From the NCBI GenBank assembly GCA_010093815.1, contig ML996574.1: DNA of 64,000 nucleotides. One strand, written 5' to 3'. This document shows, piece by piece, positions 1 to 12,698 of the stretch (the stretch's first letter is position 1; every line of letters starts with the position of its first letter). Source of the DNA: Pseudovirgaria hyperparasitica (lineage: Eukaryota). The position numbers and the translations under genes are program-made. The notes under the pieces are model-generated. The model worked only from the letters and a program-made list of their open reading frames with translations, did no database searches and was not told the DNA's origin.

Positions 1-1125
1 ATGAGTGTTTGTCTGACATAATGACTTGGTTGTTTCTGTTTTGTATTCGTATGGAGTTCAGCTATACTCTGTACAGGAAGTAGCCTCGAAGGAGTTGATA
101 GTGATGGTTGGTGATGAGAGAGGTACAAACAAAAAGAAGAGCTCTTGGGAAACATTCATATATCATTGTGCGGCTGTGGCATTGTTGGCATATAGAGACA
201 TTCCAGCCAAATGTCTGAGAATGAATGGCAATATCCTGTTTGCAAGAAGGTCTCAGATCGGCACAACGTGTCTTCTCATTGCATTTGCACGCACGTTTGT
301 GGTATGTGACAAGTAGTCAGGCAAACAGGAGTCTTGAAATATCTGCTGCTGAGACATTCGCCTCGTGATTCTTCTTGCTTCTTGGAGTTATGGTGGTTTA
401 CAAAAAGTGCTAGAGTGTTGTTTGAGGCAAAAAGCCGGGGCTTTAGCCCATAGCTTCTCTATCCACGTCAGTTAGGGCTAAGAAGACAATGTATGGCGCT
501 CTTGTAAGTTTGTCGCTGACAGCGTACGAATTGATGACTTGGAAAGTTTCGCCCAGAAAATGACGTGGTGCCAGGAAGAGTTGATTGATGTTCACTACCA
601 ACGCAAGCAAAGCCTGTCCAAGCCTCTCACACATACCATCTACGCCAACCATATGAGCTTCCACGTTCTTAGGAAGTACCCTCAATAAACTTTATAGATA
701 AACCTGACAAGCACTTCTGAACTGTCGCCAAAGGAATAGCATAAGACTGCCTTCGTGAATAATCTTACATTGCCAAAATTCGAAGGACCATGGCAGTACG
801 TCCAACATGTTTGCTCTATGTGATGTGAGGTGATGGGCATAGTAAGTATGTTGATGCCCACAAAACATGATTTCATGGTATAATATCACGTCAATGAAAG
901 AAAATGCGCCGTATGCGGTGCTTCTAAAGTCAAGTTTTGACTTCTCATGTCATTTCAAAAGTAGTTTGTACACGGAGACGTAGCTTGCAATAATGTTAGC
1001 CATTTCACAGTAGTGTAACATTAATTCATCTACGATATGTTCCGATTATAGACCCTGAGTGAAGTTCATCGTCTCTGGACTTCATTGGTATGTGGCTCAA
1101 TCCTTTATGCAGCTGGTGTCACCTC

Positions 1126-2406
1126 CTAAGGCTGCTTCGTGAGCCTTGCCATGCCTCCTCTTTCTTTATTGACCCGACTTCCGAACATGGCAGACCTTGC
1201 GACAACCATACCGTTTTCGCGCGGGTCATACAGTACGGGTTGTGCAGCAGTCATGCCTTTCTCGAACACTATTCCCATAACCGTCTGCGTCTCGAGATCA
1301 GGCCAGATGCTCGACATGCCAAATGGTGCACGACGCCACGGCTGCGGGTTAACAGGCTGCCCATTTACCATGTCTACACTCCATTGTACTGTAATCCAAC
1401 GAGGCCATGGCGCTGAGAGCATCCTATTGCGTAGGTCTCCAGAAGGGCCAGGTGAAAGCATTCGGTAAAACCAACAGTTGCCGACCATCTTGGCCATTTG
1501 GCAGATTGCATACATATGATCGCGTAGCTTGTACCACACCATACCGTACGTGAAGAGTCTGGCAGGAGCTAGCATGAACGTGTAAAGACGGATCGAAGCT
1601 ACACCCTTTGCGAGTTCGGCGATGAGATGGTCAGGGCATGAGAGCTGTGTTGGGTCCTTGTTGAACTTATCGACCAGACCGTCAAGCTCCTCCTGCTCAA
1701 TACCCAACCAGTTATGACGTGCTGTGGGTTTGTAGTGAGGGTCCATCGCCACCTGCGTCATCCACAGTCTGCCACTTGAAGCTATATCGACAACTTCCAT
1801 ACGGAGACTGGTATTCTCCGCTGAGTCCGCGCTGATACATCGGAGCATCTCTTCTTTCCCTGTATGTCCTTCGTTGATTGAGATAGCAGCTGTGCCGCCA
1901 AATTCGGCTAGCTGCGATGCAAAGATGCGGAAGTGAACTTGACGTGGTCGTGAATCATCCACATTATGTTTTGATTTTCGACCATACAGCTTCCGTAGTA
2001 CTTGGCCATTTGCATCGACGTCGCGATTAATGGATATCTGGATAGATGGATACTGACTTTCAGTCATGTAGGATTGGCTTACAAAGTCTCCAGCATGCGT
2101 GGTTAGACTGCCGTATCCACGGCATGTAGAATCTGAAGCATTCGCGATTTCGATTGCGCAATTCCTGGTTCGATCTAAGTGATGTTCTTTCCCAGCATAT
2201 CCAGGAACGGCAAATCGAGGACGGTCAGCTTTGCGATAGTCGCGATGGACAATTTTCGGGTCGATTCCGTGAAAAAGATCATCAGGATAGCAGGATCGTT
2301 CGGTCTCCTTGAACTGCATACTCTGAGGCAAGTCAACAATGATGAGCCTGCGCTGAAGACCGCGAGGAAGCTGGCTTGGGATGCTCCCGTGCAGAGGAAG
2401 AGACAT
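1126..2406 (-). CDS. Hypothetical protein, single 426-aa ORF, no recognisable family
   Basis: Uninterrupted 1281-nt ATG-initiated ORF, much longer than overlapping frames; no motif recognised. Confidence 0.55.
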   Translation of the reverse strand: MSLPLHGSIPSQLPRGLQRRLIIVDLPQSMQFKETERSCYPDDLFHGIDPKIVHRDYRKADRPRFAVPGYAGKEHHLDRTRNCAIEIANASDSTCRGYGSLTTHAGDFVSQSYMTESQYPSIQISINRDVDANGQVLRKLYGRKSKHNVDDSRPRQVHFRIFASQLAEFGGTAAISINEGHTGKEEMLRCISADSAENTSLRMEVVDIASSGRLWMTQVAMDPHYKPTARHNWLGIEQEELDGLVDKFNKDPTQLSCPDHLIAELAKGVASIRLYTFMLAPARLFTYGMVWYKLRDHMYAICQMAKMVGNCWFYRMLSPGPSGDLRNRMLSAPWPRWITVQWSVDMVNGQPVNPQPWRRAPFGMSSIWPDLETQTVMGIVFEKGMTAAQPVLYDPRENGMVVARSAMFGSRVNKERGGMARLTKQP

Positions 2407-3144
2407 CCTGCGTGAGCGTTAAGTGCAAATTCGCAGGCAAAAGAGCGAGTTAACTCCTCTTCAAGGATCGACCAAGAACTTACTTTACTTGCTGGCCCTT
2501 TCACTGAACGGTTGATGGGTGGTGACTTCAGACAAGCGACTGAAAGTTCAGCATTAGCTGTATGAAGCTTTATTATCGTGAATGAATGGGAAGAGTCTAG
2601 GATAAGGTAAAGTCACTTCGCTCGATACAATGTGACTTGTTTGGAACGCACGGGTTCATTTCACCTCCGCCAAGACGGTGGTCATCGAATGTGGAACGGC
2701 AGGCGCACGGCCGTTGAGCACAACGAGTGGAGTGAAGTTAGAATCGTACTCATACATGTAGAGTTAACACTTAGTAGCACGGGAAGTTCGCGGAGTGGGA
2801 ACTGGCGGCAAATTGTTTCCATCACAAATTGTTCATCTCGGCATGGGGAAAGGTACATGAAAATGCACGATTATATTCTTGGCTATGGTAAGAACCGGTA
2901 AGTTAATTCAGCTGAACGCAAGCCTTCTTATAACGCCAGACAATTATCGTCGGGTAGTCGCAAAAGGCTAAACAAGTATATGACCTATACTGGACAGGTG
3001 CGAAGTGCCTAGAGACGTAGCAGTCCATCAGATATCCGTGAAGATATGAAACTTCACATACTGGTTTTCGTTCCTAGGTATCAAGTAAGATCCCAAGAGT
3101 GTCTTAGTGGTCGAAAGATAAGCCAAGAAATTTCCTAGAGTCGA

Positions 3145-5121
3145 TTAGAGTGCCCGGGTGCGCGCAAAGAGCGAGCTGTATACGGCGTCAACGACAGGCT
3201 GGGCCGAGATAGTTTTGCCGCCGAAAAATCGACCATTGAGGCCGCGGATGGCATTTTCGCCACCGGAGATCTTGTCGAATTTGATGTAAATGTCACCCTG
3301 TGTATTTGGGTCAACAGCGATGTGCACAACAGTGCCGTACTTGTCGTTGCACTCTTTGCGCACTTCATCTTCGAGCTCCTGGACCCAGCCATCACTTTCT
3401 TCCCTGGGCAAAGTTAGCAGATGTTTATCATGAGTCGGTCAGGTCAAGCTTTGACCGTCCATGAAACAAGCTGTGCTCTGACAGCTTATTCCACGAGACA
3501 CTTGACTTAGACCGAAAGGGCAACGACTTACTCTGCAGGATCGAAGCAATTCTTCAGAAGAACGCAACGACTAGCCTGGCTGACATTGACAGGCGTTGGG
3601 CGAGTTTCTGTTCGAGGCTTAGCAAGTTTGGCCCGTTCCTCTTTACCGTGAGTCTCAGTCGAATCGTCAGTACGGGCAAGTTTTCGCATCAAGGCATCTC
3701 TGCTAAAGTTGTTGAAGTTTACGCCAGCCACATCAGTATCATCGAGAGCGCTTGCACCGCCAGTGCCTTTGTCGGTATCGCGACCTCCAGCACGATCAAA
3801 ACTGCCACCCGCTCCTCCGGCGTGAGCACCACGGCCGCCACGACCGGAGAAATCGGAGCCCTGGAAGCTCGGTTGACTAAGGCCATTGAATTTCTGCAGC
3901 AAGTTTTGCGTAGATTCGGGAGTAAACTTATCATTGCCCAAACCGACGCGGATAGGGCGGCCAGCAATCTCAAAGCCATTCAAATGCTCAAGAGCTTCCT
4001 TGGCTTGGGTCGGATCGCGAAACCTGCAAACATTAACAATACATCCCACAGAGGTGAGGCTTGTGAGTGACTTACTGAACGAAACCATAGCCTCTGCTTC
4101 GGCCTTGGTCTTCCTTCTGGAGTTGAACAAACTCGAGCTCGCCAAAAGGTTCGAAGACTTCCTGTAGATCCTCTTCAGTGATGCTAAAGTGAATGTTGCC
4201 CACGTATAGGCGGTGGAAAGGAACACCGTTTGTAGCTGTGCTACCCGATTCGGTAGTGCGGGCCTGTCGGTTCTTCTCAGCTTCGGTGAGCTGTGCAATG
4301 ATGGGAATGCCTAGGAGTTTCTGTCCAGTAAGCTGAATAGCCAAAGCTACAGAATCTTCTTCCTTGAATTCGACGTAGCCAACACTTTCAGAAGAGTTAG
4401 TGGAGGCGACATAAAGGAATATTGCGACTTACCCTTTGGAGCGTCCGCTGACTCTATCCTTGACGATCTGTGCTTCTTTAACAGGACCAACCTTCTCAAA
4501 GAATGCAATCAATTCCTTCGTGCGGAGACGAGCTGCTAGCTGTTGTACGAAAACCGTGCGACGATCACGCTCGTCTTCGGTTGGCTGGGGCGTGGGGGAC
4601 TTCGTGCGGCGGCGAGGGGTAGGCGAGCGGCGGCGACCACCTCGACCACGTCCGTTGCGCTCTACTCTGTCTTCCCGATCTTCTCTGTCACTACGGCGGC
4701 GGTCGCCGGGCCGATAGTATCGGTCACTATCGGGGGACTTGGACCGAGTGCGTGTGCGAGCACGTCCGGGACCGCGGTAGTAGTCACCTCGATCGTCTTT
4801 TGCGTCAGAACGACGTCTCTCGCGGCGACGATGGCGTGAATCGTCACGGCTGCGGGATCGATGACGGCTTTTGTGGCTGCCATTTGCGCTTCCTCGATCG
4901 CTGCGAGGTGACTTGGTCATGTCTACATCGTCATGGTCGCGTCGGCGGCGGTCACGAGAGCGATCGCGACGTTTGAAGTCTCGCTCACGGTCTCTGGAGG
5001 AACGGCGGTCGCGATGATGTCTGTCATCTTTCCGATCGTTGCGTACGAGGACAGGCTCAGGTGCGTCCTGGAAGCCGTTGGCCGTGGAGTCGAGAAGAGC
5101 TTCGACGTCGAGTCCTGACAT
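3145..5121 (-). CDS. RBM39: RBM39/CAPER (Pad-1/Rsd1)-type splicing factor: RS domain, two RRMs and a C-terminal UHM; spliced
   Basis: Start [11 protein letters not shown] at 5121; Arg/Ser/Asp-rich N-terminus; [42 protein letters not shown]; introns about 4385-4432, 4024-4075 and 3404-3531. Confidence 0.93.
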
Positions 5122-6060
5122 TGCTGTTGATGAAGAACTGTTTTCGTGAAAGAGATCGTCACTTTTCCTCAAAGTCAGAGTGTTCCACGGGACTGGATAC
5201 GGACGATCGAACCCTTTTGCTACCTGTTTGCGGATATTGCCGTGTTTGCAAATCAAGTCAAGCCACGATAAAGTGACCCTAGATCTGAAATCTGAATCTG
5301 GGTTGCTTGTACGAGTTACAAGCAAGAGAGATTGTAAGAACAAGGAAACAATGGTGGGTAATATTTAAGTGCGAGGGACGCACAAGGTAAAGGTAAAGGT
5401 AGAGGTAAAGGTGAAGTGCGTGGGCGGTGAGTTAGGCGCAAGTGGGACGGCGGCAAGATCTTCCGGTGAACAGCCGAGTGGGGCACCCATGACCAGTGCT
5501 TTGGGCTATCAGCCGACATAATTCCGGCCACATAAGCGTAGTGGAGGGTGACCACTATAACCTCCATTCTCTTGAAAATCACATAAAATATTAGTCTAGT
5601 AAATTGATTCAGTAGTAGAAGATGTTAGGATAGTATAGTAAATGTTCGAATTATATCTATTAATCATGTCTACTAACAGTACTCTCACGTAAATGTGGGT
5701 GAGAGATATAGGGCCACGCATTAGGTTATGTTGCCGGAATTATGTCGGCTGAGAGTTTGGGGCCTCAGGCCACGATACAAGGCATCTTTGTGTCACTCTC
5801 AATCCTTTGCCATAGCACGAGAGATGTGGAGAGCGGTGAAGGTGAACTTCGAGTGAATGTAGTTTATTATTATGAATTAATGGGAGCGTATTATAGCATA
5901 TCCGCCAGCTCCCCGGTTGGCACGCGACTCCTGAGCAGTATGCCTAACATACACAAAACTAATGCAAGGTCTAAAACGTTTCATTCATCGTGATGAGCCA
6001 AACCCGTACTCGTCATACATGCTTTTAAAGAAACATCCAAGGATGACCCATGCCTGGAAA

Positions 6061-7303
6061 CTAAGAGGTCTTGACAATTTTGGGCGGTGGGATAGCTAGT
6101 TCGGTCTTGAAGATGCGGTCCCAGAAACGACTGGTCACTCCGAACCCATTCTCATAGTCAGCGAAGTGATGTTGAAGGTGGTACTTCTTGAGTTCTCGAT
6201 AATGAGCGGGCAAGCTATAGTCTTTATTAGTACATTGTTATCATCAGCCATCAGGAAAGAACGTACCTTCGGTGGTGGAGGAAGTAGTGTGTAAGATCAT
6301 AGCAGATATAGCCAAATATACCTCCACAATAGACCGCTACGGCGGCGTGCCAACTGTAGAAGAAGATAGCATGGGCGAGCTTCCAAAACGGCGCAGCGAG
6401 CACGATAAACAGGGTTGGAGGCATGACCAGGCGATACTTGTCCATGGGAAGATAATGATGAATTCCGTGAAGTAGGAAATGTGCGGTGATACCGACACGA
6501 TTGTCAGGTAAGTAATGGTCGACATGGAATAAACAACGATGGAGGCCATATTCAACCAATGTCCAGATCGCCAGGCCTACCAGCCAGTATGCGACCAGCT
6601 GAAGAATGCTGTCCATACCCTGACTGGCAAGGTATGTACCGTAAGCAACTGGAGGAACCCAGACAGTGGGAACTATCCACCAAGCAGTTTTACTGAGAGG
6701 CTCCAGAAAATTTCCGAAAAGAGGAGCTGATTGACCACCCTTGTAATGACGAGGCCGATGTATTTGTTGCAAGTAGAACTCTTTGCTGAAACCGCCGTAC
6801 CATACTTGCGGAAACATTGGCCGACTCAAATCGATGAACTTGTGTGTTTTGTAGTCTGACGTAAAATCCGTCTCTTTTGATAGATCATCTGCAGATGACA
6901 TACCTGTTGCTTCGTAGACTGGTCTTGTTGCTTGGCTGCTGTCAATGCCATTCGCCTGTGGTTCCTTCTTCCCTTGAACTGTTGGTGGAAGAGGTACTAT
7001 TTCGTCTGGGTGCTGACTTTTCGCAGCTGCACTGAGCACCTTTTCTGTAGCCACAAAACCAACCAGACAATCTTCCAGGACTTCATATGCAGCTTCCGAA
7101 TGGGTATGCGAGGCCTCATCTTCCATTATTGCCTTGACATCTCTGCCACCGTACTCGAGCACAAGGTCGGCACCACCGGGGTGGTCGTTTAAGAAATCGG
7201 TAACATCAAATACTTTGGTGCCAATAGTAACGTAACAAGAATTCTTAGTATTGCGCGATGCGACTTCGGACTGTAGAAAGGTAGGGAGGTTTGCGGAGGG
7301 CAT
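6061..7303 (-). CDS. SCS7: Cytochrome b5-fused sphingolipid fatty acid alpha-hydroxylase
   Basis: HPGG heme motif; His boxes HRCLFH, HGIHH, HYFLHH, and KKYHLQHHF in exon 2; one intron about 6216-6266; stop TAG at 6061-6063. Confidence 0.93.
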
Positions 7304-8495
7304 TGCGACGCTCTTCGACAATGATGGCGAGGGAGGCGAAGGAGAGTGAGATGCTAGATAATACGTGACGCAAACCAGGCGAAGAATCAAATTGCAGTAG
7401 AGGTGAGGGTATTGAACTTGGTCAATGGGAAATGGGTAATGGGTATCTAGGTAGGGATTTGAAAGGAAACAGCATGCAGCCGGCGCGCAAGAAAATGGAG
7501 TGATGGTGGCGAGAGCCTAGCGTGACTACTGACTGAGATGTTGGTTAGACGCAGACGCGGACGACGCGGGTGCGAAATTTGTCCATCCACTATTAATTAG
7601 GTATCCGATCACATGCTATAATAGATGGAATGCCTGTCATTACCATTCAGGGGTTATTGTGCCTGAGCGTAATAAGGCTGAAGTTTAGGTCAAAGTTTAG
7701 TTTTGACCCTTGTCCCGTAACCCTAATTACTCGCCATTTTCAACACATCGTCGTTTCCACGACAGCTTCAAAGAGTTTGTTAATTCCTGATGGTTTCGTG
7801 AACGAGTATACTTGGCGTGTAATGCGCTCGCCCTTGTCAACCTCGTTTTGATCCTACAGCGTAAGTCGACCATGTTTGCAGTTTACCTTGCTCTTGCTCA
7901 TTCCACAGCCGCTGCCCGACAGTTGCCCTCATTCGTTTCCAGGATAGATTCTGGGCGGTCCACTTCTCACATTTGATTCTTTATCAGAAGTATTCCCATG
8001 CTCACTACATACGAGATAACAAAAACACTGGTCATGCGGACCACTCAAATGACGGATTGCTTCCGAAAGAATGATGCCTGTGCACATGTCTCTGGAACAA
8101 ACCCCCAACATCAGTAGATCGAATCTGATAATTTTTTCTGCTATCACAGAATCTGCAATACTGCAATTTACCGTCGGTCACTTCTCCATGACTTTCCCGT
8201 CGTGAGTCATCGTGAAGACGGAAAATGACATTCTTGGATCTAGGATTTCATGCTCGCCGAGGCATATGATCTGTTCAGGCTGCTCATGACCTCTGATCAA
8301 TATCAGGAATGTGTGTGATACTGACGCGACAATTTCCAATAATGCCTATTACCAGTGCTTGAAAACCAGCATCGAGGTCATATGCATTTGACGCGCGAGT
8401 CGAGAAGTGGGGTTATTAGCTGGCGGGGGAATTGAAGCAGACGCCATATAAGTACATTCTTCTGCTAATTCTCCATTACAACTTCGGTTTCTACA

Positions 8496-9140
8496 ATGTC
8501 TACCGCTGGTCTTGTCATCTTGACACACCCGCTGCCGTCCGCGCCCCTGGGGCAGCTAATTGAGGAACCGATTTCACCCACCTCTAAAATATACACGGCC
8601 ACGGCCATGTTTCCCGACAGTCCGACGCAGATCTCCTCTACATCGCTGCGCGGTGCTACACGACGAGTGTGCCACAGTAGTAACAGCCTAAGTGGCAGTC
8701 TTATGAAGATCGAAGCTCACGATTCGGTACGTTCTACACTGGAGAACGACCGCACCATCTTTAGATCTCTTTGTCAAGACCCAGGAGCCCAGAAGTGGAT
8801 GCACGATATGACGAAAGCTGGACGTCGTTTCTCCTTTGTTGTTGGCACCCAAGAGCTGAGAAATGCAAAGTTCACTCCAGTGGATTTGTCTCCGCAACGC
8901 ATCTCTGCACATGCGCACGATGACAGTACTCAGGTTCCATCAAATATAAAGACTGCGCCTGGCCTTGAAGCACGCAAAGTCAAGTGTCTGGTTGGAAGAC
9001 ACGATGCGCCGCACTCCCTCGAAGATGTCGATTATGATTGGAATTACTTTTCGTTGAGCGATGATATGCAGCTAGCCATTGGTTTAGGAGCTACCTCAGG
9101 AGAACTTCAAGCCCTGGTTAATGCATCGATCAATATTTGA
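8496..9140 (+). CDS. Hypothetical fungal protein, 214 aa
   Basis: ATG in good context (ACAATG), intronless ORF followed by an AT-rich 3' region; no functional motif recognised. Confidence 0.6.
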   Translation: MSTAGLVILTHPLPSAPLGQLIEEPISPTSKIYTATAMFPDSPTQISSTSLRGATRRVCHSSNSLSGSLMKIEAHDSVRSTLENDRTIFRSLCQDPGAQKWMHDMTKAGRRFSFVVGTQELRNAKFTPVDLSPQRISAHAHDDSTQVPSNIKTAPGLEARKVKCLVGRHDAPHSLEDVDYDWNYFSLSDDMQLAIGLGATSGELQALVNASINI

Positions 9141-9497
9141 TATGTATGATTTCAAGTAATCGAAATTCAAGATATAAGAAGATGTTAACATCATATTCAC
9201 GTGACCGTGTACAAGCTCGGACCCCACTGCATTCACTTCTGCGCGCGGATACCTCGAATACACTTCAACCCTAGTTAGCCTTCATTTCGCACTCTGAACC
9301 CCTCGAAGATCGTGACTTGCATCTAGAGACTTGGATGATCACTGACACAATAGAATAGCCGTCCATAAAGGTCTGAATGTTGGGCTGTATATTTCAGATT
9401 CAAGAATCTGTGTACTCTTCTAAATCAAATCGAGAAGAGAAGGATCAGCACGATCACATTATCTTATCACACAAGCTGGGATACAACTTGAGTCCAA

Positions 9498-11342
9498 ATG
9501 CACGAGATTCTCACAGTGCAACTGGGAACGCAAGCCAATTATGTCGGGACTCATTTCTGGAACACGCAAGTATGCTGTCTATGTCTTTGTATTCATTTAT
9601 TCTCATGATCCTTCACTCTTCCTTTTGTCAGCTTTGAAATCCTACTGCAGCCTTCAGATTGTCATGGTTGAACATATCCCATATGTTTCCTCTGCCGCGG
9701 GGCATGTTCTCCCGTTCTTCGGACAAACCCAGAATGATCTAATTTCGCATAGGAGAAGTACTTTACGTACGCAAATGAAGAAATCTCTCTAGTCGACCAT
9801 GACATACATTTCCGTGCCGGTCGAGCTCCGAATGGCTCCGAAACCTACAACCCGCGGGCCCTCATCTATGACCTCAAGGAGAACTTTGGCGCCCTCAAGA
9901 AGGCTGAAGGAGAGTATGTCGAAGAATTCGACACTTCGGGCGGCATTTGGCCAAATTCTTCAACTATCCATACTGGGCCTCCAATATCCACACATCCGTA
10001 CATCGACAGCTTGTCGCATCCACACGGACCATTACCCAGTTTACTATGTGGACAGCCACCACGCTACTTCACCGATCTATCGCATACGTACTTCCATCCC
10101 AGGTCTATCATGCCTTTGCCACGCGCCGTCATACCCACTGTGTCGCATCTGAACCCACTTAAGTCCTTTCGTGCAGGCGCAGAGTTTTACCACGACCTTG
10201 ATATCGCGGACCCGGCAGGTGACGGCGATCTCTTCGAAAGAGACGTGCGGTGGTGGGTTGAAGAATGCGACAATCTACAGGGCGTACAGATTATAACCGG
10301 TGCTGATGACGCGTGGGGTGGGTTTGCTGGAGCATGGGTTGAAAGGTGGAAGGACGAGATGGGGGGAGGAAAGGGAGTCTGGGTGTGGGGTGTGGAGAAA
10401 TACATCGAGCCCAAGGAGCAAAGTAGAGAGTCGAGACTACTATCGCTCCTGAACGAGACGCTGGCTTTATGTGCTTTGGCTATGCATGCGTCCCTATACG
10501 TTCCACTGACATCGCAGCCACTTCGATCACCGTCCTACTTGACATACGACCCTGGTTCAGCATGGCATGTGTCTGCATTACAGGCTACCGCACTGGAGAC
10601 TGCTGCGTTCTCATCCCGCTTACGTCCTGCGTCAAACACACGTCGTGGAATGTTTCAAGACATGGAAGAAATCACAAATAGTGGCGGCAATCGCAATGTC
10701 GCAAAGCTGGAAATGAGTATCCAAGACGCAGAGAGTGATCAAATCATAATGACTGGTGATAAGAGCGATTATCGTATGGCAAATGGACATATGATCGCCG
10801 CCGATGAATATGAGGAGCCTAAAAAGTTGGATGTGGACATGTTCTCGAAAGACATGGGAAACATAGGAAATACGCACAGTTCGGCCAGCCAGAGTGAACA
10901 TGTCTTCGGGAGAGTAGAAGTTGTCCGTGGTAATTGGGGTTTGGGTGAAGAGAGGACTGAGGGCGAAGAGAGATGGAGTGGACCTGTCGTGGAAAGGTGT
11001 GTTCAGCAAGCGTCCGTGGATTTCAACTCTTGGACCGCCCAAACCATTGTCAATTCAAGTGTACCCATTGCTGACTCAACTAGGTATCACTCGCCCTTGA
11101 CCTATCCTCAACTTACGAGCTTTCCGACTATATTTGGGGTCCAGTCCGATCACAGACTAGCCATACATACCGCACTAACGACATCATCGGCCGTTGCAAC
11201 ACAGATCCGTCAAATGGAACGCACGGTGCGGAGGTATGTCAGTGTGGACGAACGAGAGGCCGTCTCAGATGGATTGAAGACTCTTTGCGAAGAATACGAA
11301 GAAGGATGGGACAGCGGAAGTGACGAAGGCGAAGATGAGTAG
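9498..11342 (+). CDS. DML1: Misato/Dml1 tubulin-like protein (mitochondrial distribution)
   Basis: Exon 1 [24 protein letters not shown]; exon 2 [28 protein letters not shown]; introns about 9570-9752 and 10997-11083. Confidence 0.9.
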
Positions 11343-12698
11343 TATTGGGTTTGTGGGATCAGTAATTGAACGGGTCACTTCTCATCCACGTCCTAACCAA
11401 AGCCCTCTGCTCTTGACATCAAAGCCGTATCTCGAGAGTTTGTCTATACTCATGCTTTCGGCCTTTGCCTGCACGCGCTTCCGCTACGCCCTGCATCTTG
11501 GCGGTAGCACAGTTTCGTAACTGCAGATGCGGGTCAGTACCAGCTCCGTTCCTCCCAGACGGCTTCTTGTCGCACGTTTTGGAACTCTGGAAACTCCTCC
11601 CAGAGTCACTATTGATTTCAGCCGTTTTCAGAGGCCGTGCCATGGTTCATAGGTAGATTGCGTTTGTGGGCGGGACGGCTACGTCTAGACATTCATGAGC
11701 GACACTGTTATGAGAGCAATTACATCATCAGTAGGCTGACAACTGACTAGATCGAGTACCACTGTGTACTACTCAACGAAATTTCGACAATCGATAAAGC
11801 AGTGAAGCTCCGTAGCGGGGGCCCGTCAGCCACTCGGACTCACAGTTGTCCAGTGACGGACTTTAGATGGTTTCCCCAACCTGCAACCATCCAGCCCGAG
11901 AAACGCATACATGCGGGCAGCCGTGTTTGGCTGCGTTGCTTTTTCAACAATTTAACATTACTACTAAGCAGTTGAACCGGCTCTATCATCATCATTGTCC
12001 AAAAAGCCATCAGAAACCAGTCTTGTTGTACGGCGACGGGAAGTCTAGTATCACAGACACGTATGTCATGGGTAGTTCGACTTTTTCTCGGTGTACCCTT
12101 TTGAGAGCAACCATACCTCGACTGGAAGAGCTTGGAACACGTCCACTTCGGAACCATGAGTGACCGTGTTGACCTACGAAGCACGGCTCGGCTAATTTTC
12201 ATCTTTACGACATCCATGGGCAATAAACACCCAACCTCTCCGCCAGCGCATTGGCCAACACGCATCTTCAGCTACCGCATGGTCCGGTCAACACTGGACA
12301 TTATCGATTATCTCTACAGGTCCGATGTGCCCCTGTAAACATTCCGTGACCAAACTGCCCCAACCTGCCTTTCCTCCATTCAGACTACCCACCATTGGGT
12401 TTACTGTTCCATAACGTCCGGCTGGTTCCATATATGTTGTAGGTTCGCTTGTGGTCGTGAATAAAGAGCTTGTTACCTGCCATAATTCTCCTTCTTATTG
12501 TTTTGTCTTTCGTTGACCAACGTGTCATACTATTTCCAACCTTCGTGTTTAATTCTTCCTTCCAGCCTTTCCGGCGGTAAGGGCCCCTTCTCTAAAGCCC
12601 TGCCTGCAATAATCTTTGTCTATATCTTATATCTTAATTCGCAGACGTTTTAATCTACTATTCTGTGTACACTTTCAACTTAATCGACGCAAGACAAA

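Noticed and set aside
1..1000. Short ORFs in an AT-richer region, considered as a decayed gene or transposon
   Set aside because: No recognisable domain, terminal repeats or clear RIP pattern
7688..7726. TAACCCTAA telomerase-template-like 9-mer preceded by a GGTCAAA/TTTGACC hairpin
   Set aside because: One 9-mer is expected by chance in a window this size. Only about 0.8 kb is free before the next ORF, shorter than known Pezizomycotina telomerase RNAs, and I recognised no pseudoknot or CR4/5.
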